From an uncultured bacterium (lineage in GTDB: Bacteria; CSSED10-310; CAZUFC01), in the NCBI GenBank assembly GCA_964619725.1, contig CAZUFC010000024.1:14350-78349 (forward strand): DNA of 64,000 nt, read 5' to 3'. The notes beneath the pieces are model-generated. The model was given only the letters and a program-made list of their open reading frames with translations. It was not told the DNA's origin and ran no database searches. The translations under genes and the position numbers were made by a program. Below are positions 9,664-19,209 of this stretch, piece after piece. How positions within the stretch are numbered: the first letter of the stretch is position 1; every line of letters begins with the position of its first letter.

Positions 9664-12084
9664 ATGGCGGGATTATTGTTTATATCAGATTCGCAGGATT
9701 CCAGAGAATATATAATCGAAAGCGACGCAACGAGCATAGGAAGCGACGAAGCGAATGCGCTGGTATTGAAGGGAGAAGGTGTCGCTCCTTTTCATTCCGA
9801 GATTCGGAAAGAAGACGCTCGATATATATTGCATGCCACCGACGAGGAAGCCTCTACTTACGTCAATGCTATCCGCACGGAAGAATGCGAATTGACGGAC
9901 GGCGATCAGATACAGATCGGAGCGCACATATTCCTGTTTCAAAGCGAACTTGATAATGAAAAAGCAGGCGCCCCTCCAGCCAATGTTTTTGATGCTGAAA
10001 AGACTATCGCTCAATTGGACGACGCTCCTTTAGCGGAACCGCGCGGAAAACTGACGGTATTTCAGGCGGGTTCTCTGGTGAACGAATTGTATTTATATGA
10101 CGAGCCTGTGTTTTTGGGGCGTGAGGATACGAACCAGCTTGTTCTGCCGGACAAGAATATCAGCCGCCGCCATGCCAAGGTGCTGCCCGTTGAAAGCGGT
10201 TATGCGGTGATTGATCTGGACAGCAGCAACGGTACCTTCGTCAACCGGCGACGGATATACGAAAGGACGGCGCTGGAATCGAACGATGAGATTCGTGTAG
10301 GTGGTTATGACGTTTTATTTCAAATGCTGGATCAGGCCGTTTCCGGAGAACGAACGGTGGTTGCGGATGAGGCGATTGAAGATGAAAATACGATTGCAGT
10401 TGAGACGGAAGAAGAGTTGCAGGCGGTTATTGAACGGCAGTATCCCAAACTGATCGTCATCAGCGAAAATAATTATGGTACCGAATACGAATTAAGAGAG
10501 TCTTTCATGACTATCGGCCGAGCAAGGGGAAACCATATCGTTATAGCCGACGATTCCATATCGCGGGAGCACGCTGCTTTAAGAATCTCCGGGGAAAAGG
10601 TCAAAGTCGATGATATGGGCAGTACGAACGGCATCCTGGTGAACGGGCAGCAGAAAGAATCGGCTGTGTTGAATCCGAATGATGTTCTGACTGTGGGAGA
10701 TATACACCTCCAATATGCTGCCCCGGGCGCTGCTTTTCAGTTGCGGGATGCCGGGGATACAGTTGATCTGACTGATCAGGATAAAAGCCGGCGAAAAAAG
10801 AAACTTTCTTCAAGTATGCCGAAGCTCCTCATTTTCGCAGCGTTGATCGTAGTGGCTGCGGGTTTCATCGGGGCTGCTCTTTTTCGTTATATAGGAGGAC
10901 CGTCCGGCGGATCGTCACGCAACACCAGCGGAAAAAGCGGCCTGTCCTTGAGTGAAAGTAAGAACGCGGTCATCGATCCTGAAGCCGCCAATATAAATCT
11001 TTATCAAACCATGACCCAGGGCCGGCAATTCCTGGACCAATATCAATGGAATGCTGCAATTCAGGAATTCGATAAGGTCCTGGCCGCACAACCGGATAAT
11101 GCTGAAGCCGTTGAATTAAGGAATAACGCTGTCGCTGAAAAAGAATACCTTCAAAAACTCGATTTCGCCATCGCCAGGTTCGACAGCGGGCAGGATAACG
11201 CAGCCCGGGAACTGTTCGAAGTAATTCCTGAAAAAAGCGTCTATTATTCCAGGGCCCGGGAATACATCGAGAGCATGAATGAATCCGCTGCAGCAGAATA
11301 TCTCGACAGCGGCCTGGCTTTGATGAGAAGAGGAAATTACGGGCAGGCCGTCAACCGTTTCGATGCCGCTCTCGATATTGATCCCGGCAATCAGGAAGCA
11401 TTGAGCGCCAGGAGAAGAGCTCTTCAGGCATTGAACGCTCCCCAAATCGAAAAACCCAAACGCGATCCCGGCGCGCTCAGAAGAAAAGCGGAGGCGCTTG
11501 TCGATCAAGCCATAAACGCTTATGTTGAAGGAGAACCTGAAAAAGCGGAAAACCGCCTTAACGGAGTCATGGCCCTGGACCTGAATCCCGGCGATCAAAT
11601 CGTCAGAGAAGCCCAGACGCTATTGAGCAGAATTAAACAGGTCAAATCACATTTTCAGGCCGGAAAAAACGCTTTTCAGCGGAATGAAAATGAAAAAGGC
11701 CTGAACGATTACCTGAACGTAATAGAAATAGACAGGCAAATCACCGATAAGAAAAACAGCTACTATTATACGGAAGTTAAAGGAACCGCTGTTGAAGAAT
11801 TGTTGAATCAGGGTCGCGCATATGAAGATTCTCAACAATTCTGCAAGGCGTTCAGAAATTACCGGGAAATCTTAAAAATCGATCCGGACAACTGGAAGGC
11901 CGAGAAATATATTGAAGCCATCGAGAAGAAAGCGATTGACATCTACAGGGTCGGTTATAGTCAGCAGGATTTCAATCCGCGTCTCACAGCTAGCCGGTAT
12001 AAGGAAGTTATGAATCTGCTGTGCCCCGAACACGAATATTATAAAAAGGCGCAGCAGGGTATCGAAGAAATTATGAACAGGTGA
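9664..12084 (+). CDS. Triple-FHA, single-TM, periplasmic TPR protein
   Basis: One degenerate FHA (IGSD..VAPFH) and two canonical FHAs (LGRE..ISRRHA..SSNGT; IGRA..ISREHA..STNG), TM LLIFAALIVVAAGFIGAALF, multiple TPRs. Confidence 0.88.
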   Translation: MAGLLFISDSQDSREYIIESDATSIGSDEANALVLKGEGVAPFHSEIRKEDARYILHATDEEASTYVNAIRTEECELTDGDQIQIGAHIFLFQSELDNEKAGAPPANVFDAEKTIAQLDDAPLAEPRGKLTVFQAGSLVNELYLYDEPVFLGREDTNQLVLPDKNISRRHAKVLPVESGYAVIDLDSSNGTFVNRRRIYERTALESNDEIRVGGYDVLFQMLDQAVSGERTVVADEAIEDENTIAVETEEELQAVIERQYPKLIVISENNYGTEYELRESFMTIGRARGNHIVIADDSISREHAALRISGEKVKVDDMGSTNGILVNGQQKESAVLNPNDVLTVGDIHLQYAAPGAAFQLRDAGDTVDLTDQDKSRRKKKLSSSMPKLLIFAALIVVAAGFIGAALFRYIGGPSGGSSRNTSGKSGLSLSESKNAVIDPEAANINLYQTMTQGRQFLDQYQWNAAIQEFDKVLAAQPDNAEAVELRNNAVAEKEYLQKLDFAIARFDSGQDNAARELFEVIPEKSVYYSRAREYIESMNESAAAEYLDSGLALMRRGNYGQAVNRFDAALDIDPGNQEALSARRRALQALNAPQIEKPKRDPGALRRKAEALVDQAINAYVEGEPEKAENRLNGVMALDLNPGDQIVREAQTLLSRIKQVKSHFQAGKNAFQRNENEKGLNDYLNVIEIDRQITDKKNSYYYTEVKGTAVEELLNQGRAYEDSQQFCKAFRNYREILKIDPDNWKAEKYIEAIEKKAIDIYRVGYSQQDFNPRLTASRYKEVMNLLCPEHEYYKKAQQGIEEIMNR

Positions 12085-12131
12085 CGAGCGGAGCTTCCGT
12101 CGCAGGTTTGAAAAGTCAAGAGGCCGGCATT

Positions 12132-13115
12132 ATGAGTGAAAAAATCGACAGCATCAAACTCATGAAAATGAGCAATATTTTATTGATTTTATTGATTTTG
12201 GTTATTTCGGCATGCAGGCATAAGACTCCCGGTCCTTATGATGGGGAAGGCATGGCCCCGGATGAAAAAGAACTCGTTAAAGAAGTTACCGATAATCCTG
12301 ACGACTATGAAGCTCATTACAGGCTGGGCTGTTTTTATATGGATAACGGTCGCCCGACAGACGCGATAGAAGAATTCAACGCGGCGCTCTTTTTGAATCC
12401 GAATTCATTCAAATCCTGGTTCAGGTTGGGTTATGCCAAAATGCTTCAGTCCCGTTTTTACGATGCCGTCATGCCCCTGGAAAATGCTGTCGCCCTGTCG
12501 CCCGATTCCACAATAGCCCGAAATAATCTGGGTTACGTATACATCCAGATTGGAGAATTCGGTAAGGCGGAAGATCAGTTTAATGCTGTATTGAGCATAG
12601 AACCCGATTCTCCGGAAGCTCACAGGAATTTGGCCGTCATCTATACGCACTTCAATAAAAACCTGGAAAAAGCGCTTCATCACAACCGGGAATTCGTTAA
12701 ACTTGCCCCCGACGATCCTAGGACTCCCAGGCTGAAACAGTGGATTCTGTCAAAGGAAAAACTTGTGGAGGAACCTCCAGAACCTTATTCCGGAGAGCCG
12801 TCCGAAGCTGCAGAGCAGCAGATGGCTTTGGCGTCCAAACATTACGCCGACGGCCTGGATGCTCTGAAGGCAGGGCGTGACAGAGATGCTTACCGTTATT
12901 TTATGATGGCCCTGGCTGAGAATCCCTGGCATGAAGAAGCAAACTATAAAATGGCTGAATTTTATGCGTCCAAAAATCCGCCTGCTCCTGCTGCAGCCTT
13001 GCAATGCATCCGCAGAGCGTTGACTATGGCTCCCGATTCCGAAAGATACAAAGAATTGGAAGAGAAAATACTGGAACTGGTAGAAGAAAAAGCGGCAAAA
13101 AGCAAATCGAATTAA
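12132..13115 (+). CDS. TPR-repeat lipoprotein
   Basis: Lipobox LILVISA|C and tandem TPRs (AHYRLG, ARNNLG, AHRNLA). Start is uncertain (12081/12132/12162). Confidence 0.85.
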   Translation: MSEKIDSIKLMKMSNILLILLILVISACRHKTPGPYDGEGMAPDEKELVKEVTDNPDDYEAHYRLGCFYMDNGRPTDAIEEFNAALFLNPNSFKSWFRLGYAKMLQSRFYDAVMPLENAVALSPDSTIARNNLGYVYIQIGEFGKAEDQFNAVLSIEPDSPEAHRNLAVIYTHFNKNLEKALHHNREFVKLAPDDPRTPRLKQWILSKEKLVEEPPEPYSGEPSEAAEQQMALASKHYADGLDALKAGRDRDAYRYFMMALAENPWHEEANYKMAEFYASKNPPAPAAALQCIRRALTMAPDSERYKELEEKILELVEEKAAKSKSN

Positions 13116-13223
13116 ATCATAACACCTGTTGCAGGAAAGTATAAAAACATTTTTTGACTCTAAGTCCGATACGCATGAAACGGAGGATGCGTTCATCGGG
13201 GATTTCTTTCCGATAAATTTTGC

Positions 13224-13251
13224 TTGACAGTATTTTTTCTTTTATCTATAT
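13224..13251 (+). promoter_or_regulatory. Sigma70-type promoter of rplM-rpsI
   Basis: TTGACA-16 bp-TATATT about 50 bp upstream of rplM. Confidence 0.5.
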
Positions 13252-13302
13252 TGTGCAATTCGACATCACTGGAACAGATGTCGGTAAAGGAGCGAGCGAG
13301 GT

Positions 13303-13773
13303 ATGAAAACCTATACGGCAAAGAAGGAAGAAATACAGCGACAATGGTTCGTTATCGATGCTTCAAGCGTTCCGTTGGGACGTTTGGCTTCTATGGCGGC
13401 CTACATTCTTCGCGGAAAGCACAAACCTGAATATACGCCTCACATCGATACAGGCGACCATGTAATAGTTACAAATTCGGAGAAGGTGAAGATCACCGGA
13501 AAGAAACTTAGCGATAAATTTTATTATCGTCATACAGGATATCCGGGCGGCATCCGTAAAAAACATTTGGGACTTTTGATGGAGGAAAGCCCTGAAAAAG
13601 TAGTCAAGAATGCAGTACGAGGCATGCTTCCCAAAAATATTTTAGGACGAAATATGCTGAAAAAATTGAAGGTATATAAAGGATCGGAGCATCCGCATGC
13701 CGCTCAGAAACCCATTCCTGTCGATTACGATCAAAAGCGAATGAATTTGGGAATGGAAGACAAGGAGGAATAA
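13303..13773 (+). CDS. rplM: 50S ribosomal protein L13
   Basis: W.VIDA...[39 protein letters not shown]. Confidence 0.99.
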   Translation: MKTYTAKKEEIQRQWFVIDASSVPLGRLASMAAYILRGKHKPEYTPHIDTGDHVIVTNSEKVKITGKKLSDKFYYRHTGYPGGIRKKHLGLLMEESPEKVVKNAVRGMLPKNILGRNMLKKLKVYKGSEHPHAAQKPIPVDYDQKRMNLGMEDKEE

Positions 13774-13777
13774 TCGC

Positions 13778-14173
13778 GTGGACAGGACCGACAGATACTA
13801 TGGAACGGGACGAAGGAAATCGTCCGTCGCTCGAGTATGGTTAAAGCCCGGAACAGGGCGTATGCTTATCAATAACCGTGATGCTGATAATTATTTCCCG
13901 CGAGAAACGCTTCGCATGATCATTTCTTATCCTTTTGAGTTGACTCAGACGGTAGGAAAATTCGATTTGCAGGTGAACGTTAACGGCGGCGGCGATTCCG
14001 GTCAGGCCGGCGCTATACGTCACGGCATTTCGCGGGCGTTGCTCAATTACAACAACGGATTCCGCTCTATACTGAAAAAGAATGGTCTTTTGACGAGAGA
14101 CCCGCGAGCTGTGGAACGGAAAAAATACGGTCAGCGGGGAGCTCGGGCGAGATTCCAGTTTTCCAAACGATAA
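13778..14173 (+). CDS. rpsI: 30S ribosomal protein S9
   Basis: [41 protein letters not shown]. Confidence 0.99.
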   Translation: MDRTDRYYGTGRRKSSVARVWLKPGTGRMLINNRDADNYFPRETLRMIISYPFELTQTVGKFDLQVNVNGGGDSGQAGAIRHGISRALLNYNNGFRSILKKNGLLTRDPRAVERKKYGQRGARARFQFSKR

Positions 14174-14180
14174 ATTTATC

Positions 14181-14227
14181 GGACAATTCTTTCCGAATTT
14201 GTCGGCAAAAGAGTTGTCCTTTTTCTT
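14181..14227 (+). terminator. Rho-independent terminator after rpsI
   Basis: GGACAATTCTTT...AAAGAGTTGTCC hairpin followed by TTTTTCTT. Confidence 0.7.
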
Positions 14228-14231
14228 ATTT

Positions 14232-14310
14232 CACAAATTCGCCGTCCCGCGAAACGGTGCTTGAACGGAGCGAGAGGCGCGGAGCCAGGCGGCGGGTTGA
14301 GGTATTAACC
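14232..14310 (+). ncRNA. rpsB 5' leader (t44/S2-leader-like cis element)
   Basis: CACA...AATTCGCCGTC / GGCGGCGGGTT stem, internal GGTGC, terminal GAGG..TAACC, immediately upstream of rpsB. Confidence 0.6.
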
Positions 14311-14330
14311 GTGCATCAGGAGGAAACTCT

Positions 14331-15404
14331 ATGGCTCTTGTGACAATGCGGCAATTGTTGGAGACGGGAGTCCATTTCGGTCATCAGACCAAACGATGGA
14401 ACCCCCGAATGAAACCCTATATTTTTGGGGAACGAAATGGAATCTATATTATTGATCTCCAGCAAACCATGCAGAAATTCAAAGCCGCATATAATTTCAT
14501 CAGGGAAACCTCTGCAAACGGAGGAAATCTTTTATTCATCGGGACAAAAAAGCAGGCACAGAGCGCCGTACAGGAAGAGGCGTTACGGTGCGGAATGTAT
14601 TACGTCAATCAGAGATGGTTGGGCGGCATGTTGACCAATTTCACCACTATCAGGCGATCGGTCAATAAATTGAAGAAGCTCGAAGAGATGAAAAACGAAG
14701 GCGGCTATGAAAAGCTGACGAAGAAGGAAGCGATGCGCTTTGAGAAGGAGCGGTTGAAGCTGGAGCGGAATTTAAGCGGTATAAGGGATATGAATTCGTT
14801 GCCTGCCGCCGTGTTTATCATTGATCCTAAAAGAGAGAAAATTGCGGTTAGAGAAGCCATAAAACTGAATTTGCCTATTGTCGCCATTTTGGACACCAAT
14901 TGCGATCCTACCGAAATTACCTATCCCATTCCGGGAAATGACGACGCTATAAGGGCTATTCGACTCATTACTTCAAAAATGGCCGACGCAATACTCGAAG
15001 GAAATTCGATTAGACAGAGCCAATTGAGTACGGATGAGGAAATTGAAAAGAAGAGGCCTGCTGTTTCTGTTTCGGAAAAGGAAGACAGGGAAGCGGCGCA
15101 AAAGCCTGGGAAACCTGAAGCGCCTGAAGAAGTGAAAGAGCCTGAACCTGCAGCGGAACCGGCTGCTGCTGCTGAACAAGCTGAACAAGCGTCGGTAAAA
15201 GCTGAAGAGGATGTCGCAGGGGTTCCTGAAGAGGAAAGCTCAGAGGACGTGGAGGTTAAAGCGGAAGAGCCTGAAGAAGATGTTGAAAATAAAGTAGAGA
15301 AAACTGAAGGCGAAGCTGAAGAGCCGGTTGAAATAACGGAAGAAGTCGAAGCTCCGGCGGCTGAGGAAGAAGAAGAGGATTCTTCAGAAGAAAAAACCGA
15401 ATAA
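14331..15404 (+). CDS. rpsB: 30S ribosomal protein S2 with long acidic C-terminal tail
   Basis: [42 protein letters not shown]. Confidence 0.99.
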   Translation: MALVTMRQLLETGVHFGHQTKRWNPRMKPYIFGERNGIYIIDLQQTMQKFKAAYNFIRETSANGGNLLFIGTKKQAQSAVQEEALRCGMYYVNQRWLGGMLTNFTTIRRSVNKLKKLEEMKNEGGYEKLTKKEAMRFEKERLKLERNLSGIRDMNSLPAAVFIIDPKREKIAVREAIKLNLPIVAILDTNCDPTEITYPIPGNDDAIRAIRLITSKMADAILEGNSIRQSQLSTDEEIEKKRPAVSVSEKEDREAAQKPGKPEAPEEVKEPEPAAEPAAAAEQAEQASVKAEEDVAGVPEEESSEDVEVKAEEPEEDVENKVEKTEGEAEEPVEITEEVEAPAAEEEEEDSSEEKTE

Positions 15405-15507
15405 ACCTGAATTCTATCTTCGACTGATTGAAGCAAAGAAGCATTTGACGCTGAAATTTGTCGTCTGAAAGCAAAGAAGCAACAGGAAAAATAATAAGGA
15501 GAAGATA

Positions 15508-16107
15508 ATGGAAATAAATGCGAAAATGGTTAAGGAACTGAGGGAGAAAACCGGCATTGGCATAATGAAATGTAAGGAAGCTCTCAAAGAGTCTTCCGGC
15601 GATATGGAAAAAGCGATTGAATATTTAAGGAAAAAGGGTCTTTCTGATGCGTCCAAGCGCATGGGCAGAAGCGTGAAAGAAGGAAAGATCGATGCATACA
15701 TACATTTCGGCGGCAAGGTCGGCGCTATGGCAGAACTATACTGCGAATCCGATTTCGTCGCTAAAACGGAAGACTTCCAGCAATTACTGAAAGACATCCT
15801 TATGCAGATAGCCTCTGAAAATCCCTTATACCTGCAACCGGAGGATATACCGGAAGAAGTGCTTGAGAAAGAAAAGGAAATCTATAAAGCGCAGATGGCG
15901 GACAGCGGCAAACCGGACCATATCCTGGATAAAATCGCTGAGGGCAAGTTAAAGAAGTTTTATCAGCAGGTCTGTTTACTGGATCAACCTTTCATAAAAG
16001 ATAATGATGTGACTATCCGTGAACTGATCAAGGGCAAAATCGCCAAAATAGGCGAAAACATCAAGGTCGGTCGATTCGCCCGGTTCAGGATCGGAGAGGA
16101 GAGCTGA
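15508..16107 (+). CDS. tsf: Elongation factor Ts (short form)
   Basis: VKELREKTG.GIM.CK.AL, CESDFVAK; follows rpsB. Confidence 0.98.
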   Translation: MEINAKMVKELREKTGIGIMKCKEALKESSGDMEKAIEYLRKKGLSDASKRMGRSVKEGKIDAYIHFGGKVGAMAELYCESDFVAKTEDFQQLLKDILMQIASENPLYLQPEDIPEEVLEKEKEIYKAQMADSGKPDHILDKIAEGKLKKFYQQVCLLDQPFIKDNDVTIRELIKGKIAKIGENIKVGRFARFRIGEES

Positions 16108-16113
16108 TACTTT

Positions 16114-16839
16114 GTGAAGAGAAATACCGGACGTTTTAAAAGGATTCTCTTGAAAATAAGCGGAGAAGCTGTTTTTTCAGAGGGAGCGTCCGGTATTTCT
16201 TCTTCGGGTTTTAAATCCCTGATTGAAGAATTAAAACGGTTAGTAGACAGGCAATATGAGGTAGCCGTGGTTCTGGGCGCCGGCAATATTTTTCGCGGCG
16301 CGGAAATGCGACAGGAGGGACTTCTGTCACGTGTTACGGCCGATCAGATCGGAATGCTCGGAACAGTCATCAACGGATTGGCATTCAGGGATATTCTCAA
16401 GCGGTTCGGCATTCCTGCAATTATTCAATCTGCGGTTGAAATAACGGGAATAGTCTATCCGATTGATCATTCTGCAGCCGACGATTTTTTGAGTTCCGGC
16501 GGGATCGTTTTATTCGTCGGCGGAACCGGGAATCCTTTTTTTTCAACCGATACAGCAGCAGCGGTAAGGGCTCTGGAAATTAACGCGGATGCATTGTTTA
16601 AAGCGACTAAAGTCGACGGCGTTTATTCGCACGATCCGGTTGAACGGAAAGAAGCGGAATTTTATCCGGAGATAACTTGCGACGAATATATAAAAAAGGG
16701 CTTAAAAGTCATGGATACTGCCGCCGTAGCGCTTTGCGGGGAAAACAACCTGCCTGCGGCGATTTTCAATATAAATGTTGAAGGAAGCATTACCCGAATC
16801 CTTAATGGAGAAAAAACAGGATCAATCATTACACCGTAA
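16114..16839 (+). CDS. pyrH: UMP kinase
   Basis: RILLKISGE, GAGNIFRG, D.IGMLGT.IN, GTGNPFFSTD. Confidence 0.97.
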   Translation: MKRNTGRFKRILLKISGEAVFSEGASGISSSGFKSLIEELKRLVDRQYEVAVVLGAGNIFRGAEMRQEGLLSRVTADQIGMLGTVINGLAFRDILKRFGIPAIIQSAVEITGIVYPIDHSAADDFLSSGGIVLFVGGTGNPFFSTDTAAAVRALEINADALFKATKVDGVYSHDPVERKEAEFYPEITCDEYIKKGLKVMDTAAVALCGENNLPAAIFNINVEGSITRILNGEKTGSIITP

Positions 16840-16850
16840 AGGAGTATCCC

Positions 16851-17408
16851 ATGTTGAAAGAAATATATGAAGAAATGGAACTCGAAGCGGAAGACACTTT
16901 GGAACATATCAAAAGGGAATATAACGGCATCAGAACAGGACGGGCTTCAACTTCCCTTCTTGATGCCATAAAGGTGGATTATTACGGTTCATCAATGCCG
17001 ATCAAGCAGACGGCATCCGTATCAACGCCCGAAAGCAACCTCATAGTGATTCAGCCCTGGGACGCCTCGATTACTTCTGAAATTGAAAAAGCCATCTTGA
17101 AGTCTGATCTGGGCATTACCCCGCAATCAGACGGAAAAATCATTCGACTCGTTATTCCGCCCTTGACCGAAGAGCGACGTATACAACTGGCGAAACTGGT
17201 GAAAAAAATCGCTGAAGAAAGCAGAATTTCTATACGGAACGTCAGAAGAGATAAAAATGATGAAATAAAAAAGCTTCTGAAGGATAAGGAAATCAGCGAG
17301 GACGATGCTCACAAAGGCTATGATAAAATTCAGGAAATAACCGATGAATACATCAAAAAAGTCGATGAAATGATGGAAAAAAAGGAAAAGGAAGTTCTGG
17401 AATCATAA
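16851..17408 (+). CDS. frr: Ribosome recycling factor
   Basis: IRTGRAS..LLD.I.VDYYG, PPLTEERR, R.SIRNVRR. Confidence 0.98.
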   Translation: MLKEIYEEMELEAEDTLEHIKREYNGIRTGRASTSLLDAIKVDYYGSSMPIKQTASVSTPESNLIVIQPWDASITSEIEKAILKSDLGITPQSDGKIIRLVIPPLTEERRIQLAKLVKKIAEESRISIRNVRRDKNDEIKKLLKDKEISEDDAHKGYDKIQEITDEYIKKVDEMMEKKEKEVLES

Positions 17409-17511
17409 CTCAGAGGCTTATGATACCTTCAAGGTTGATTTAATTTATGCAATCACTGCGGCTGAAAGCATGCTTCATCATTTTTTCTGCAAGCGCTATT
17501 ATTTTTCTGTA

Positions 17512-17527
17512 TTGGCGCATTGCTTGC
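17512..17527 (+). promoter_or_regulatory. Candidate sigma54 -24/-12 element upstream of uppS
   Basis: TTGGCGC-ATTGC-TTGC, with GG and GC exactly 12 bp apart. Confidence 0.35.
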
Positions 17528-17585
17528 GATTGAGCAAGTTCAGGTCGAATGGCGTTTCTTCGCCGGCAACAAGCGATAAATTTTC

Positions 17586-18344
17586 ATGAGTAAAAAGAAC
17601 AGGGATTATAATGAATTGGATGCTGAGAATATGCCCGGGCATATCGGCATAATCATGGACGGCAACGGCAGATGGGCCAGAAAAAGGGGTATGCCCAGAA
17701 AAGCGGGGCATATTGCGGGCGTCAAGACTGTTAAAAAAATAGTTGAGGAGGCTGTAAGGCTGAAAATCAAATATTTGACGCTTTATACATTCTCCAAGGA
17801 GAACTGGAAGCGACCAAGAACGGAAGTTTCAGCGCTGATGAATCTGCTGTACGAACAACTGATCAAACAGAAGAAACTCATTTTAGATAACCGGATAAAA
17901 TTCAAAATACTGGGTGAAACGACCGGTCTGCCGGACAAGGTTCGACAAAAAATACAGGAAATGATCGAAACGACGAAAAATTTTGATCGTATGACGTTGA
18001 ATCTTGCTCTCAATTATGGAAGTCGCCAGGAAATTATGGATGGAATCAAAAAGCTCTGCCGGGAGTGCCTGGACAGCGGCAGGAATCCTGATGAGTTGAA
18101 GGAAGAGTCGTTTTCAGAGTATCTTTATACTTCGGGGCAACCGGACCCTGATTTGATCATCAGGACGAGCGGAGAATATCGCATCAGCAATTTTTTATTG
18201 TGGCAGGCTGCTTATTCAGAGTTCTATTTTACTTCGACCTACTGGCCGGATTTTAATGAAAGGGAATTAAGAAAGGCCATTCAAGATTTTCAGAAACGAT
18301 TACGCCGGTTCGGGGGCGTTGATTCAAAAGGAAACAAACAATGA
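17586..18344 (+). CDS. uppS: Undecaprenyl diphosphate synthase
   Basis: HIGIIMDGNGRWA, FS.ENW.RP, NYGSRQEI, RTSGE.RISNFLLWQ. Confidence 0.98.
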   Translation: MSKKNRDYNELDAENMPGHIGIIMDGNGRWARKRGMPRKAGHIAGVKTVKKIVEEAVRLKIKYLTLYTFSKENWKRPRTEVSALMNLLYEQLIKQKKLILDNRIKFKILGETTGLPDKVRQKIQEMIETTKNFDRMTLNLALNYGSRQEIMDGIKKLCRECLDSGRNPDELKEESFSEYLYTSGQPDPDLIIRTSGEYRISNFLLWQAAYSEFYFTSTYWPDFNERELRKAIQDFQKRLRRFGGVDSKGNKQ

Positions 18345-19192
18345 TAAAGCGCTATTTAACGGCCGCGGTTTTAATTCCTGTTATGGTATATCTTCTGGAA
18401 TACCGCAGCCCGATATATTTTAATGTTTTTGTTTTTGCAGCAATGATAGCGGCGTTGATCGAATACGCCGGTATTATGAAAAAAAAATCAGGTACTGTTG
18501 ATTTCCTGCCGTTAATCACAGCCGGAGCCTTTTCAGCGGGCATTATCACCTTTGGAGGCGGACCCCATGTAATCGTATCGGGCGTTGCCTGGTTTCTTCC
18601 GCTGCTCATCGTTTCTTTCTGGGCCTTGTTTTCACGCCGGGAACCTGAAAAGAAAATGATTACGATCGCTCATAATTTTTTCCCTTCGGTTTTTATCTGT
18701 GTGACGGTCGGGCACATCTGCCTTCTGAGAAAATTGGGCCTGGGCGGAGATTTGCTCAACAGGGCAATTGATTACCAGGAATTCAGCCGGGACATTTTAT
18801 TTTATCTCTTCGCTGTCGTCTGGCTTGCTGACACGGCCGCGTATCATATCGGGAAAACCTACGGAAAGCATAAACTAGCGCCTGTTCTAAGTCCTAAAAA
18901 GACGGTTGAAGGCTTCTTCGCGGGTATCGCCGGAGGAATAATCGTTTCCTTTGCGTTCAGTTGGTGGCTGGGTATGGAGATAGCCATGATTCACCGGTTG
19001 ATATTGGGAATTGCTTTACCTTTATTCGGGCTGTTCGGGGATTTGACTGAATCAGTTTTTAAAAGAGGAGTCAAAATTAAAGACTCCAGTTCTCTTATTC
19101 CCGGTCACGGCGGGATGTTCGACCGTCTCGACAGTGCGTACTTTACGGCTCCCTTTTTGTATTATTACTGCCGCTTAATTCTTAATGTCTGA
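18341..19192 (+). CDS. cdsA: Phosphatidate cytidylyltransferase
   Basis: SPKKTVEG, GDL.ES.FKR...IKDS..LIPGHGG.FDR.DS. Confidence 0.97.
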   Translation: MIKRYLTAAVLIPVMVYLLEYRSPIYFNVFVFAAMIAALIEYAGIMKKKSGTVDFLPLITAGAFSAGIITFGGGPHVIVSGVAWFLPLLIVSFWALFSRREPEKKMITIAHNFFPSVFICVTVGHICLLRKLGLGGDLLNRAIDYQEFSRDILFYLFAVVWLADTAAYHIGKTYGKHKLAPVLSPKKTVEGFFAGIAGGIIVSFAFSWWLGMEIAMIHRLILGIALPLFGLFGDLTESVFKRGVKIKDSSSLIPGHGGMFDRLDSAYFTAPFLYYYCRLILNV

Positions 19193-19209
19193 TATTCAAG
19201 GATAGCGTT

